Below are positions 1-7,967 of a DNA stretch of 14,989 bases, one piece after another. The stretch is taken from assembly GCA_938091905.1 (NCBI GenBank), contig CALKOM010000135.1:1-14989 (forward strand), written 5' to 3'. Under the pieces are notes generated by a model. That model ran no database searches. It saw only the letters and a program-made list of their open reading frames with translations, and was not told where the DNA came from. The DNA is from an uncultured Verrucomicrobiales bacterium. GTDB taxonomy: Bacteria > Verrucomicrobiota > Verrucomicrobiia > Verrucomicrobiales > DEV007. The translations under genes and the position numbers were made by a program. Each line of letters opens with the position of its first letter. Positions within the stretch are counted from its first letter, which is position 1.

Positions 1-329
1 CCCTGGTCAAAGAGCTCCTTTGCTTGGACCATGTAAGCCTTCACCTCGTCCTTCGACAGTCCGTTCACCTTTGTCGGTGTGCGCTCAGGCAAGGAGACTA
101 CCGGTGAGGTCCATGGCTTTCGTATCTTTTCAGCGCCAACGCTTTCCATCATTTCGACAAATCTCTCCGTGGTAAAATACGACAGATCGAGAGGCGGCTC
201 GAGTAGGAGCCCGGTCTCGGTTGAGACTGCTGGTGCGATAGCTTTGGGTGATTCTTTGGCCTGTTCTGCTGAGTGTAGTGTCAGTTTTCCAAGTATGAGG
301 AGGCCAATTGGAAGGATGCGCCGGAACAT
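1..329 (-). CDS. Hypothetical exported protein, N-terminal part only (runs off the left edge)
   Basis: Not in the ORF track. The minus frame from ATG at 329 is open to the window edge: MFRRILPIGLLILGKLTLHSAEQAKESPKAIAPAVSTETGLLLEPPLDLSYFTTERFVEMMESVGAEKIRKPWTSPVVSLPERTPTKVNGLSKDEVKAYMVQAKELFDQG. It has a basic + hydrophobic signal-peptide-like start and lies 49 nt downstream of rsmH on the same strand. Confidence 0.7.
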   Translation of the reverse strand, partial: MFRRILPIGLLILGKLTLHSAEQAKESPKAIAPAVSTETGLLLEPPLDLSYFTTERFVEMMESVGAEKIRKPWTSPVVSLPERTPTKVNGLSKDEVKAYMVQAKELFDQ

Positions 330-378
330 AACGTCGCCATGTTTGGATGAACGCGGATTGGCGGTCAAGCACACTCGG

Positions 379-1416
379 CTAGGCGCGTATGCCCCAACGC
401 ATCTTTGCTGAGGCAGCCCGGGAATTCCGGCCAATTTCTTCATAGGTTGGGCGAACGATCTCGTTGGCAATCTTAGAGTAGATGCCAGAACGAAAGTTAT
501 CGCGGAAATGATGTTTCACGCGACGATCTTCACCGCTGTGGAAACTGAGGATGGCGACGCGTCCACCTTTCTTGAGGCAGTTGGGAAGCTGTTTGAGGAA
601 AGAGTCGAGCGCGGTGAACTCTTCATTCACGGCGATCCGAATGGCTTGGAAGACACGCGCAATCGTTCGGCTCCGTTCTTCATCATCGAAGTGCGGTGGT
701 ATGGCAGAACTCACCATCTCTCGAAGCCCCTTGGTCGTTTCGATGGGGAGAGTCGCTAAGATTGCTCTAGCAATATCGCGTGCGTGAGGCTCGTCGCCAC
801 CATTCGTCAAGGCATTGGTAAGTTTCTTAAGCGTGCATTTGCCTAACCATTGACTCGCAGGTGCCCCTCGTTCTGGGTTCATGCGCATATCCAACGGACC
901 ATCATGCTTGTAGGAGAAGCCGCGCTCTGGGTTATCGATCTGCATGGAAGAGAGACCGAGGTCAGCGAGGAGGAAATCGAGACCCTCTGTCCAATCAAGC
1001 TTTCCTAACATCGCGGCAAGGCCAGCGTAGTTGCTGCGACGCACGATAAGGGTATCTTCATCGTAACCTAGCCCGCGAAGGCGAGATTCCGTTCGGGGAA
1101 GTTGAAGAGAATCTACATCGAGAGCGAGCAGTTGCCCTCCTGGCTTCAGCCTTGCCAAGATCTCTTGAGAATGACCGCCGTATCCCAGGGTGACATCTGC
1201 ACCGCGCTGACCAGGCTGGGGAGCGAGACTGTCCAGAATCTCCGACACAAGAATGGGCCGATGTTGACCTGCCGGGGTCTTCCCTGAGGCAATCACCTTC
1301 GCGATGGTCTCGGGATCGCGTTCAGGATCGAGCTCCTTATACTTCTGCTCGAACTTCCGTGGGTGTGTCCCACGGTAGCGCTGGCGGCGTTTGAAAGGTT
1401 TCTCCGGTTCGTTCAT
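379..1416 (-). CDS. rsmH: 16S rRNA m4C1402 methyltransferase RsmH/MraW family, with basic N-terminal extension
   Basis: Motifs HRPIL, DVTLGYGGHS, DLGLSSMQID..RGFS...GPLDMRM, FQAIRIAVNEE, SFHSGEDRRVK, NSRAASAKMR. Start taken at ATG 1416 (MNEPEKPF); the ORF track's 1449 start is an alternative. Confidence 0.92.
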   Translation of the reverse strand: MNEPEKPFKRRQRYRGTHPRKFEQKYKELDPERDPETIAKVIASGKTPAGQHRPILVSEILDSLAPQPGQRGADVTLGYGGHSQEILARLKPGGQLLALDVDSLQLPRTESRLRGLGYDEDTLIVRRSNYAGLAAMLGKLDWTEGLDFLLADLGLSSMQIDNPERGFSYKHDGPLDMRMNPERGAPASQWLGKCTLKKLTNALTNGGDEPHARDIARAILATLPIETTKGLREMVSSAIPPHFDDEERSRTIARVFQAIRIAVNEEFTALDSFLKQLPNCLKKGGRVAILSFHSGEDRRVKHHFRDNFRSGIYSKIANEIVRPTYEEIGRNSRAASAKMRWGIRA

Positions 1417-1480
1417 GAAAGGTGACAAAGGACCCATCCGCCCGTTCAATGGGTTCCACCATGGCGAATTTCAAGAAACC

Positions 1481-3199
1481 GTGAGCCACTCGCTTCAATA
1501 CCGTCCTGACATCGATGGGTTGCGCGGCGTGGCTGTGTTAGCTGTCTTGGTCTTTCATCTCGATCGCGCTTGGTTGCCTGGAGGGTTTGTTGGGGTGGAT
1601 GTCTTCTTTGTCATTTCGGGATATCTTATCACGTCGATCATCGTGAGAGCGAATGAGGCGGAATCGTTTTCATATTGGCGTTTCTATCAGCGGCGCATCG
1701 CGCGTTTGTTTCCGGCGCTTCTTGCCATGGTTCTGGTCACGCTCGTGGTGGCCAAGGGACTCTACACAAGTTGGGACTTTGCCAATACCTCAGCAGCTTT
1801 CTCGGCATCGGTGCTTTCCATTGCGAACTTCCATCAATGGATGCAGGGCGATTACTTTACCTTGTCGGCGGATGCGCAGCCGCTGATGCATTGTTGGTCT
1901 CTCTCCGTTGAAGAGCAATTCTACTTAGTATTCCCGTTTCTCTTCTGTGGTCTGAGACGTTTGGGAGACAGGGCGCACGTGGGGATAATAGGTCTTGTCG
2001 CTCTGGCGAGTTTCGCGATGAGCCTTTCTTGGCGTTTTGAGCATGCTTCCTCAGGGTTTTACCTCCTGCCTTCGCGTGCCTGGGAGATGCTTGCGGGAAG
2101 TGTCTTGGCGATGATTCCGGCGGCACGGAATTCTGACAGGCGCTGGTCCTGCTTTGGGTTCATGCTCATCTTTGGAAGCTTCTTCATTCTTCACGAGGGG
2201 CCACAATTTCCCGGGTGGCAGGCCTCGATTCCAGTGTTTGGATCCGTGCTCGTGCTGCGTCACGGAAACATGGGCCTATTGAAATGGATACCGCTGGTCG
2301 TTGTTGGACGTGCGTCGTACTCCCTCTATCTGTGGCACTGGCCGGTATTCTCTTTTGTCGACTATGCCGGGCCCTATCAGAGTTCCGAGATCCGTCTCTT
2401 GCTCAAGCTCGCGCTGACAATATTGTTAACCAGCTTGTCGTATCGTTATCTGGAGAAACCTCTCCGTGTTCGACTCAATCGCACGCAGTCTCGGCGATTC
2501 ACTTATGGCATTCTTGTCCTGGCCTTGGTTGTGCTGGGTCCTCTGGGCTACACGTTGCGGAAGCAGTATTACGTCGATGGTTCTGATGGGCGTGTCTTTA
2601 CGCCGAAGGAGCCTACGGGAACCATCGTCCTGATGGGTGACAGCCAGGCTACGATGTATGGCGTGCTTCTACGTGACTTGGCTGAAGAGGCGCAGAAGCG
2701 ACTGGTGGTTCTCTGTCAGGCTGGCAAGGATCCGCTGGTGAACGGTGGGCTCTGGGAATCCAATTTCCGCAGGATTCAGGCTGAGCGCCCTGATTCTGTG
2801 TTCCTTGCCTTCCACTGGGACAAGCTACCTCAGGAGCCGTCGCGCCTCGCGGAGACGCTGGAGTGTCTCAAGCCGCAGGTGGGACAGATCATCTTACTGA
2901 CCATGCCGCCAGATCGACCCGATCTGGCTTCACGAGAATCCATTCGAGCTGGTGCACGGCCGCCATTCTTCGAGCAGCATGACAAACGTGCTTTCCGTCA
3001 GCGTTTCAATGAACTAGCTAAGGAGCAAGTCGCAGAGAAGGTTCACATACTTGATACTGAGCCGTTCTTTGTGAGGGCGGATGGATCCATTAGAGCCTTT
3101 GACTCGGATGGACGTGCACTGTACTACGATCAAAAGCACTTGTCTCACCTTGGAGTGAGTGAGGTAAAGGGTGCTGTTAGGGCGTTGTTCTTAAAGTAG
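1481..3199 (+). CDS. O-acyltransferase, OafA/YrhL type (acyltransferase-3 membrane domain + C-terminal SGNH domain)
   Basis: YRPDIDGLRGVAV, GGFVGVDVFFVISGYLIT, FYQRRIARLFP, HCWSLSVEEQFY, SYSLYLWHWP, multiple hydrophobic helices, SGNH GDSQA and DQKH (DxxH). GTG at 1481 chosen as start because the 1391 start would overlap rsmH head-to-head. Confidence 0.9.
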   Translation: MSHSLQYRPDIDGLRGVAVLAVLVFHLDRAWLPGGFVGVDVFFVISGYLITSIIVRANEAESFSYWRFYQRRIARLFPALLAMVLVTLVVAKGLYTSWDFANTSAAFSASVLSIANFHQWMQGDYFTLSADAQPLMHCWSLSVEEQFYLVFPFLFCGLRRLGDRAHVGIIGLVALASFAMSLSWRFEHASSGFYLLPSRAWEMLAGSVLAMIPAARNSDRRWSCFGFMLIFGSFFILHEGPQFPGWQASIPVFGSVLVLRHGNMGLLKWIPLVVVGRASYSLYLWHWPVFSFVDYAGPYQSSEIRLLLKLALTILLTSLSYRYLEKPLRVRLNRTQSRRFTYGILVLALVVLGPLGYTLRKQYYVDGSDGRVFTPKEPTGTIVLMGDSQATMYGVLLRDLAEEAQKRLVVLCQAGKDPLVNGGLWESNFRRIQAERPDSVFLAFHWDKLPQEPSRLAETLECLKPQVGQIILLTMPPDRPDLASRESIRAGARPPFFEQHDKRAFRQRFNELAKEQVAEKVHILDTEPFFVRADGSIRAFDSDGRALYYDQKHLSHLGVSEVKGAVRALFLK

Positions 3200-3303
3200 G
3201 GTTTACGTAATACCAACGTTTTCTGCTGGCGGGAATGATTCTAAGCTTTCATCTTTCTAGAAGTTGATCCCCTCGCTCTCTAGTCTAACAAAGTAGAATT
3301 AAG

Positions 3304-4794
3304 CTAAGCGATCCAGTCTTGTACGATATTTCCACCGACATCGGTGAGACGGAAGTCGCGGCCTTGGAAGCGGTAGGTTAACTTGAGGTGATCGAGACCG
3401 AACTGATGGAGTAGGGTGGCATGGAGATCGTTGATGTGAACCGGCTTGTCTTCGATTCCCCAACCGATTTCGTCAGTCTTGCCGTAGACTTGGCCGCCTT
3501 TGAGGCCGCCCCCAGCCATGAGCATGGTGTAGGCTGTCGGGTGATGATCACGTCCCGTATTGGCGTTTCGACCTTGGCGGTTCTCGCCTAACGGCGTTCT
3601 GCCGAACTCGGCGCCCCATACAACCATGGTTGAGTCTAGCATTCCGCGTTGCTTGAGATCCTTGATCAGTGCAGCGACTGGCTGATCGACGGCGCCTGCA
3701 TTGTAGGTGTGGTTCACGTTAAGCTCGGAGTGTTGGTCCCAACTGGCATGAACGATATTGATAAAACGTACGCCGCGTTCGACCAAACGTCGGGCCAAGA
3801 GGCAGTTCTTGGCGAAGGTGTCGTAAGTTTGTAAGCCGGGCAGGGTGCCGCGTCGTTTGTTCGCTTCTTTGGGTTCGGGTCTGCCAACACCATAGGCGTC
3901 AAGCGTCTGCTTTGACTCACCTGACAAGTCGACCAACTCGGGCGCCGCGCTTTGCATGCGATTCGCCAACTCGTAGTTGGCAATGCGGCTTGCGATCTCG
4001 GGGTCGTGAACTTCCTGATAGCGTCGCTGATTGAGATCTCGAAGGGCATTCAATCCTGCTCGCTGCAATTCGGGGGGGAGTCCGTTAGGGTTCTTTAAGT
4101 TGAGAACCGGCTCGCCGGAGTTGCGGAAGAGCACACCGGAATAGTTCGATGGCAGAAAGCCGGACTGCCAGAGAGTGGCACCTCCTGAAGAGCCGCGACC
4201 GGCAGTGAGGACAACATAGCCGGGTAGGTTCTTTGAAGTGGAGCCGAGGCCGTAATTGATCCATGAGCCCATGGCGGGCATGCCGAAGCGAGACACGCCA
4301 CATTGCATGAGGAGCTGTCCTGGATGGTGATTGAATTCTTCGCTGTGCAGCGAGCGAACCATGAGTAAGTCATCGGCGCAGGAGCCGAGGTTCGGCAGAA
4401 GATCCGAGAATTCCATGCCGCAGTTGCCATGCTTCTTAAACGTGCGAGGCGAGCCCATGAGCACGGCGCTGTCGGGCTTGATGAAAGCGAATCGCGCTTT
4501 ATCGAGAATCGATTTGGGCAGCTTCTGGCCGTGGAGTTCGTTTAGCTTGGGCTTGGGGTCAAAGAGGTCAATGTGTGAGGGAGCCCCCGCCATGAAGATG
4601 AAGATACAGGCCTTGGCTTTAGGCGAATTGTGCGGCCTGAGCGCGGCGAGTTGGTCTGCGTGCGAAGCTGTGGCGGCATTGAGAACGCCGTCATCCGATA
4701 GCATGGAGCCAAGCGCTATGCCGCCGAGACCACTTGCCGAGGTGGTGAGAAATTCCCGTCGCGTTCGGGTAATGTGAGAATGATATGGATTCAT
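3304..4794 (-). CDS. DUF1501 family protein with Tat signal
   Basis: Twin-arginine TRREFL followed by a hydrophobic stretch; family motifs IFIFMAGAPSHIDLFDPKP, MGSWINYGLG, CLLARRLVERGVRF, WDQH, EFGRTP, GRDHHP, LTYRFQGRDFRLTDVGG. Confidence 0.92.
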   Translation of the reverse strand: MNPYHSHITRTRREFLTTSASGLGGIALGSMLSDDGVLNAATASHADQLAALRPHNSPKAKACIFIFMAGAPSHIDLFDPKPKLNELHGQKLPKSILDKARFAFIKPDSAVLMGSPRTFKKHGNCGMEFSDLLPNLGSCADDLLMVRSLHSEEFNHHPGQLLMQCGVSRFGMPAMGSWINYGLGSTSKNLPGYVVLTAGRGSSGGATLWQSGFLPSNYSGVLFRNSGEPVLNLKNPNGLPPELQRAGLNALRDLNQRRYQEVHDPEIASRIANYELANRMQSAAPELVDLSGESKQTLDAYGVGRPEPKEANKRRGTLPGLQTYDTFAKNCLLARRLVERGVRFINIVHASWDQHSELNVNHTYNAGAVDQPVAALIKDLKQRGMLDSTMVVWGAEFGRTPLGENRQGRNANTGRDHHPTAYTMLMAGGGLKGGQVYGKTDEIGWGIEDKPVHINDLHATLLHQFGLDHLKLTYRFQGRDFRLTDVGGNIVQDWIA

Positions 4795-4803
4795 CTTTGG
4801 TTC

Positions 4804-6945
4804 CTAGTTACGCGTGAGAAACTCGTCGAGATTGAGCAGGATACGGACAGTGGCTGTCAGGGGCGCTTGTTCCGGAGCCTTGGGGGACAGTTTCTCGGCA
4901 TCTTTGGGATTTTTCCTATAGTAGTCGGTTGACGTTTTTAGCAATCCCTCGAGTTGCTGGACTTCCTCTTTCAAAGGCGAGCGAGATAGGCAGTGGCGGA
5001 AGGCGCTTTCCAATGGCTGTTCGTCTTTGGCTACGCGCTTTGCCAGGGCTCGAGCTGCCTCTGTGAAAGTGTCGTTGTTTAGGGTGATGAGCGCGGCGAG
5101 CGGCGTGTTGGAACGTGTTCGCTTGATACAGGTCACGTTTGAGTCAGGGCAATCAAACGTGATGAGATTCGGGTGCGGTGCGGTGCGTTTGAAATAGGTG
5201 TAGAGGCCACGGCGGTACTTATCGTCTCCTGGGCTAACCTTCCATTTGAAGGCGGAGTTGTAGTTCACATCGGAAACTCCGGCTGGCATTGCAGGGAAGA
5301 CGCTGGGACCACCAAGCTTCGCGGTGAGCACGTCTGCAACGCCGAGCGAGAGGTCTCGGACGATCTCGGCTTCGACTCGGAATCGGTTCTGGCGTGCTAG
5401 TAATCGGTTCTTTGCGTCAATTTCTGATAGATCAAGGCGATGATTCGAAGATTGTCGATAAGTGCTAGAAAGCACGATGGTCTTGATCAGTGCTTTACGA
5501 GACCAGCCTCGGTCGATCAACTCAGCTGCTAACCAGTCTAGCAGTTGGGGGTGCGAGGGGCGTTCACCCCGCACTCCAAAGTCATTCAGTGTGGCGACGA
5601 GTCCTTCGCCGAACAAGTGGGCCCAGAGATGGTTGACGAGGACGCGGGGTGGAAGGGGGTTTTCACCACTAACAAGCCAACGAGCGAAATCGAGCCGGTC
5701 GCCGTCACTTCCTGACCGATGCGTGACCGATGGTAGGGAAGCAAGCGTGCCAGGCTGGACTTGATCTGTGGGCTGCTTAAACTCGCCTCTTCGGAGCACA
5801 TGGGATTGTCGCCGATCCTTCCGGCGCTCATGCAAGACGCGAATCTTCAATTCTGAGTCTTCTGCTGGAATCGTCGTCTCGTCGCCATTGTTGAAGTAGG
5901 CGAAGAGTTGATAATACTCATGGTGCGTGATCTCGTCGAATTTGTGGGTGTGGCAGCGAGCGCAGGTTAAGGTGAGTCCCATCCATGCGGCCCCTACGGT
6001 TTCCACACGGTCCATCACCGCAGCGATACGCCATTGCTCTTGATCTGTGCCGCCTTCCGTGTTGGTGAGCGTCTGCCGATTGAACGCGGTCGCGAGATGT
6101 TGCTCATGAGTGGGGGAGTCTAACAAATCACCTGCAAATTGCTCGATTGTGAACTGATCGAACGGCATGTCTTGATTGATCGCGTTGATGACCCAATCAC
6201 GATACTTCCAGGCATCTGGTCGCCCATTATCTTTCTCGTAGCCATCGCTGTCAGCGAAGCGAGCGATGTCTAACCAATGCCGTCCCCAGCGTTCGCCAAA
6301 GTGGGCGCTTGCGAGGAGGTTATCGACGAGTCGGGCGTAGCCAGCGTTGCGGTTCTCCGCCATAGCTTCTTTGTAAATGTCGACCTGCTCTGTCGACGGT
6401 GGCAAGCCGATGAGGTCATAGTAGAGTCGGCGAATGAGCGTGATGGAGTCTGCTTCTGGCGAAGACTTGATGCCCTCGTCATCGAGCCGAGCGGCGACAA
6501 AGGCATCGATAGGGTTCTGAATACTAGAAGCCTCGTTTGTTGTGGGTGGTGCAGGACGATACAAGGGCGTGTAAGCCCAGTGTCGTGGCCAGTCAGCACC
6601 TTCGTTGATCCATTGCTTGAGCAAGGCCTTCTCGCCGCTGGTCAATGGCTCTGCCTTGCCGGAAGGAGGCATGACCGTGTCCGGGTCGGTGTGATGTGTC
6701 CTAGCGATGATCTCAGAATCGTTGGCCATTCCTGGAACAATGGCGATCTTGCCAGACTTGAGCGTCACTTGTGCGGACTCCAGGTCAGTAAGGCGGAGAC
6801 CTCCCTTGGCGTCGTCGGGTCCGTGACAGAGGGTGCATTTCTCTGAGAAAATCGGACGGATATCACGAGAGAAGTCGACTGGCGCTGCCCAGCTGTGTGC
6901 GGCAGCGACGATGAGAACGATGCTGAGATGGATGGAAAAATGCAT
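4804..6945 (-). CDS. PSD1 / planctomycete cytochrome c domain protein (PSCyt1 + DUF1549 + DUF1553)
   Basis: Sec-type signal; VDFSRDIRPIFSEKCTLCHG (CxxCH at 6823-6837); GERWGRHWLD, MPFDQF, CARCHTHKFD (CxxCH at 5950-5964), DFGVRGERPSHPQLLDWLA, FDCPD, NTPLAALITLN, C-terminal LLNLDEFL. Start is ATG 6945 or GTG 6948. Confidence 0.92.
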   Translation of the reverse strand: MHFSIHLSIVLIVAAAHSWAAPVDFSRDIRPIFSEKCTLCHGPDDAKGGLRLTDLESAQVTLKSGKIAIVPGMANDSEIIARTHHTDPDTVMPPSGKAEPLTSGEKALLKQWINEGADWPRHWAYTPLYRPAPPTTNEASSIQNPIDAFVAARLDDEGIKSSPEADSITLIRRLYYDLIGLPPSTEQVDIYKEAMAENRNAGYARLVDNLLASAHFGERWGRHWLDIARFADSDGYEKDNGRPDAWKYRDWVINAINQDMPFDQFTIEQFAGDLLDSPTHEQHLATAFNRQTLTNTEGGTDQEQWRIAAVMDRVETVGAAWMGLTLTCARCHTHKFDEITHHEYYQLFAYFNNGDETTIPAEDSELKIRVLHERRKDRRQSHVLRRGEFKQPTDQVQPGTLASLPSVTHRSGSDGDRLDFARWLVSGENPLPPRVLVNHLWAHLFGEGLVATLNDFGVRGERPSHPQLLDWLAAELIDRGWSRKALIKTIVLSSTYRQSSNHRLDLSEIDAKNRLLARQNRFRVEAEIVRDLSLGVADVLTAKLGGPSVFPAMPAGVSDVNYNSAFKWKVSPGDDKYRRGLYTYFKRTAPHPNLITFDCPDSNVTCIKRTRSNTPLAALITLNNDTFTEAARALAKRVAKDEQPLESAFRHCLSRSPLKEEVQQLEGLLKTSTDYYRKNPKDAEKLSPKAPEQAPLTATVRILLNLDEFLTRN

Positions 6946-6967
6946 CACCAGGATAGATTAGTGAAGG

Positions 6968-7963
6968 CTACCGTGCTTGCCAAGCCTCGAACTCTTTGGC
7001 CAGCCACGTGCCCCACGTGCCATACCAACTGTAGCCATTGCGGCGCTCATGTTCAATTTCTGCGAGGCTCGCTTTCTTCACGCCATCGCGCCCGCAGAAG
7101 AAGGGGCGTTGCGTTTCGAGATCGTAGAACCTGCCCCAAAGTGGTGGAGCGTTCTTGTCCTCGACGACGACGCGGTCATCGTCGCGTTTCTCCAAACGAA
7201 TGCCTCTGATTTTGGAAGACTCGAACCACTGAACACCTGCCTTGATGGCTTCCGAAACTTCAGGAGAGGGGGAGGGGAGCTTCATGAGAAAACTGAGGAT
7301 GCCGGCACTTTCTCCACCGCTGAATGACGGCAGCTCGTAACTTCGTGCGCCGACGGGTGCGAGCGTGTCGCGATGATGCTGAGCGCACCAGACGGTGCGT
7401 TTCCCTTCGAAGACGATTTGGCAAGCGAGAATACAGGAAATCCCTCGTTTGATGACTTCATCTGCCAGCGTTCGCTGCTTCTGGCTAACGAAAGCGTAGG
7501 TGTCCTCGGTAGCGACTGCTTGAAGGAACTCTAGCAAATGAATTATGGTGCCATCGTTAAAGGTGATGTGACGATCATAGCCCTTAGCTCCAGGGGCACG
7601 CTGCGGCCATCCGCCGTTGTCATACTGGGTCTCGAGAATGTGCTCTAGGCCTCGGAGGAAGGCCCGCTTTGTTTCGGGCACCTTGGTGGCAGTGTAGGCC
7701 TTGGCTAGGAAACGCAGCTCAGTAGTGGTCGCGCTATTGTCAAACGTGCCACGGCTGGCCTTGTCTTTCTCTGAAAGGGCGGACGTCGTGTCTCGGTTCT
7801 TTGGCCAGTCGCCATGGTTGGTTTGCCAAGCTAGCACATTGCTGGTGACAGTGAGGCCCTCATCGCTCTGAAACCACGTTCCTGGTTTCTTCAACAGGTC
7901 TCGGACCGGCGAAGCGGCCTGACATTGCAGCGCGAGTAAAAGGAGCAGGGGCGCGGTTCTCAT
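6968..7963 (-). CDS. pelA: Pectate lyase, polysaccharide lyase family 10 (PelA/Pel10 type), secreted
   Basis: Signal MRTAPLLLLLALQCQA; motifs GDWPKN, TFDNSAT, QYDNGGWPQ, ITFND, WCAQH, ARSYELPSFSGGES (region of the PL10 catalytic Arg), WGRFY, ERRNGYSWYG. ATG 7963 lies 4 nt after the upstream stop. Confidence 0.9.
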   Translation of the reverse strand: MRTAPLLLLLALQCQAASPVRDLLKKPGTWFQSDEGLTVTSNVLAWQTNHGDWPKNRDTTSALSEKDKASRGTFDNSATTTELRFLAKAYTATKVPETKRAFLRGLEHILETQYDNGGWPQRAPGAKGYDRHITFNDGTIIHLLEFLQAVATEDTYAFVSQKQRTLADEVIKRGISCILACQIVFEGKRTVWCAQHHRDTLAPVGARSYELPSFSGGESAGILSFLMKLPSPSPEVSEAIKAGVQWFESSKIRGIRLEKRDDDRVVVEDKNAPPLWGRFYDLETQRPFFCGRDGVKKASLAEIEHERRNGYSWYGTWGTWLAKEFEAWQAR

Positions 7964-7967
7964 GGTG

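Noticed and set aside
1391..1480. 30-aa N-terminal extension of the acyltransferase
   Set aside because: It overlaps the divergent rsmH start; family similarity begins at YRPDIDGLR just after GTG 1481.
3200..3303. Terminator or small RNA between the convergent acyltransferase and DUF1501 genes
   Set aside because: AT-richer, but no convincing GC stem with a U-tract on either strand.
3304..4794. Calling the DUF1501 protein a sulfatase
   Set aside because: I see no C/S-x-P-x-R formylglycine motif, so function is left unknown.
4795..4806. PSD1 TAG is in frame with the DUF1501 ATG (TAG GAA CCA AAG ATG), suggesting read-through fusion or TAG recoding
   Set aside because: One-in-three chance. 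The other tight junctions are out of frame, the TAG-ending proteins stop at family-typical C-termini, and DUF1501 has its own Tat signal.
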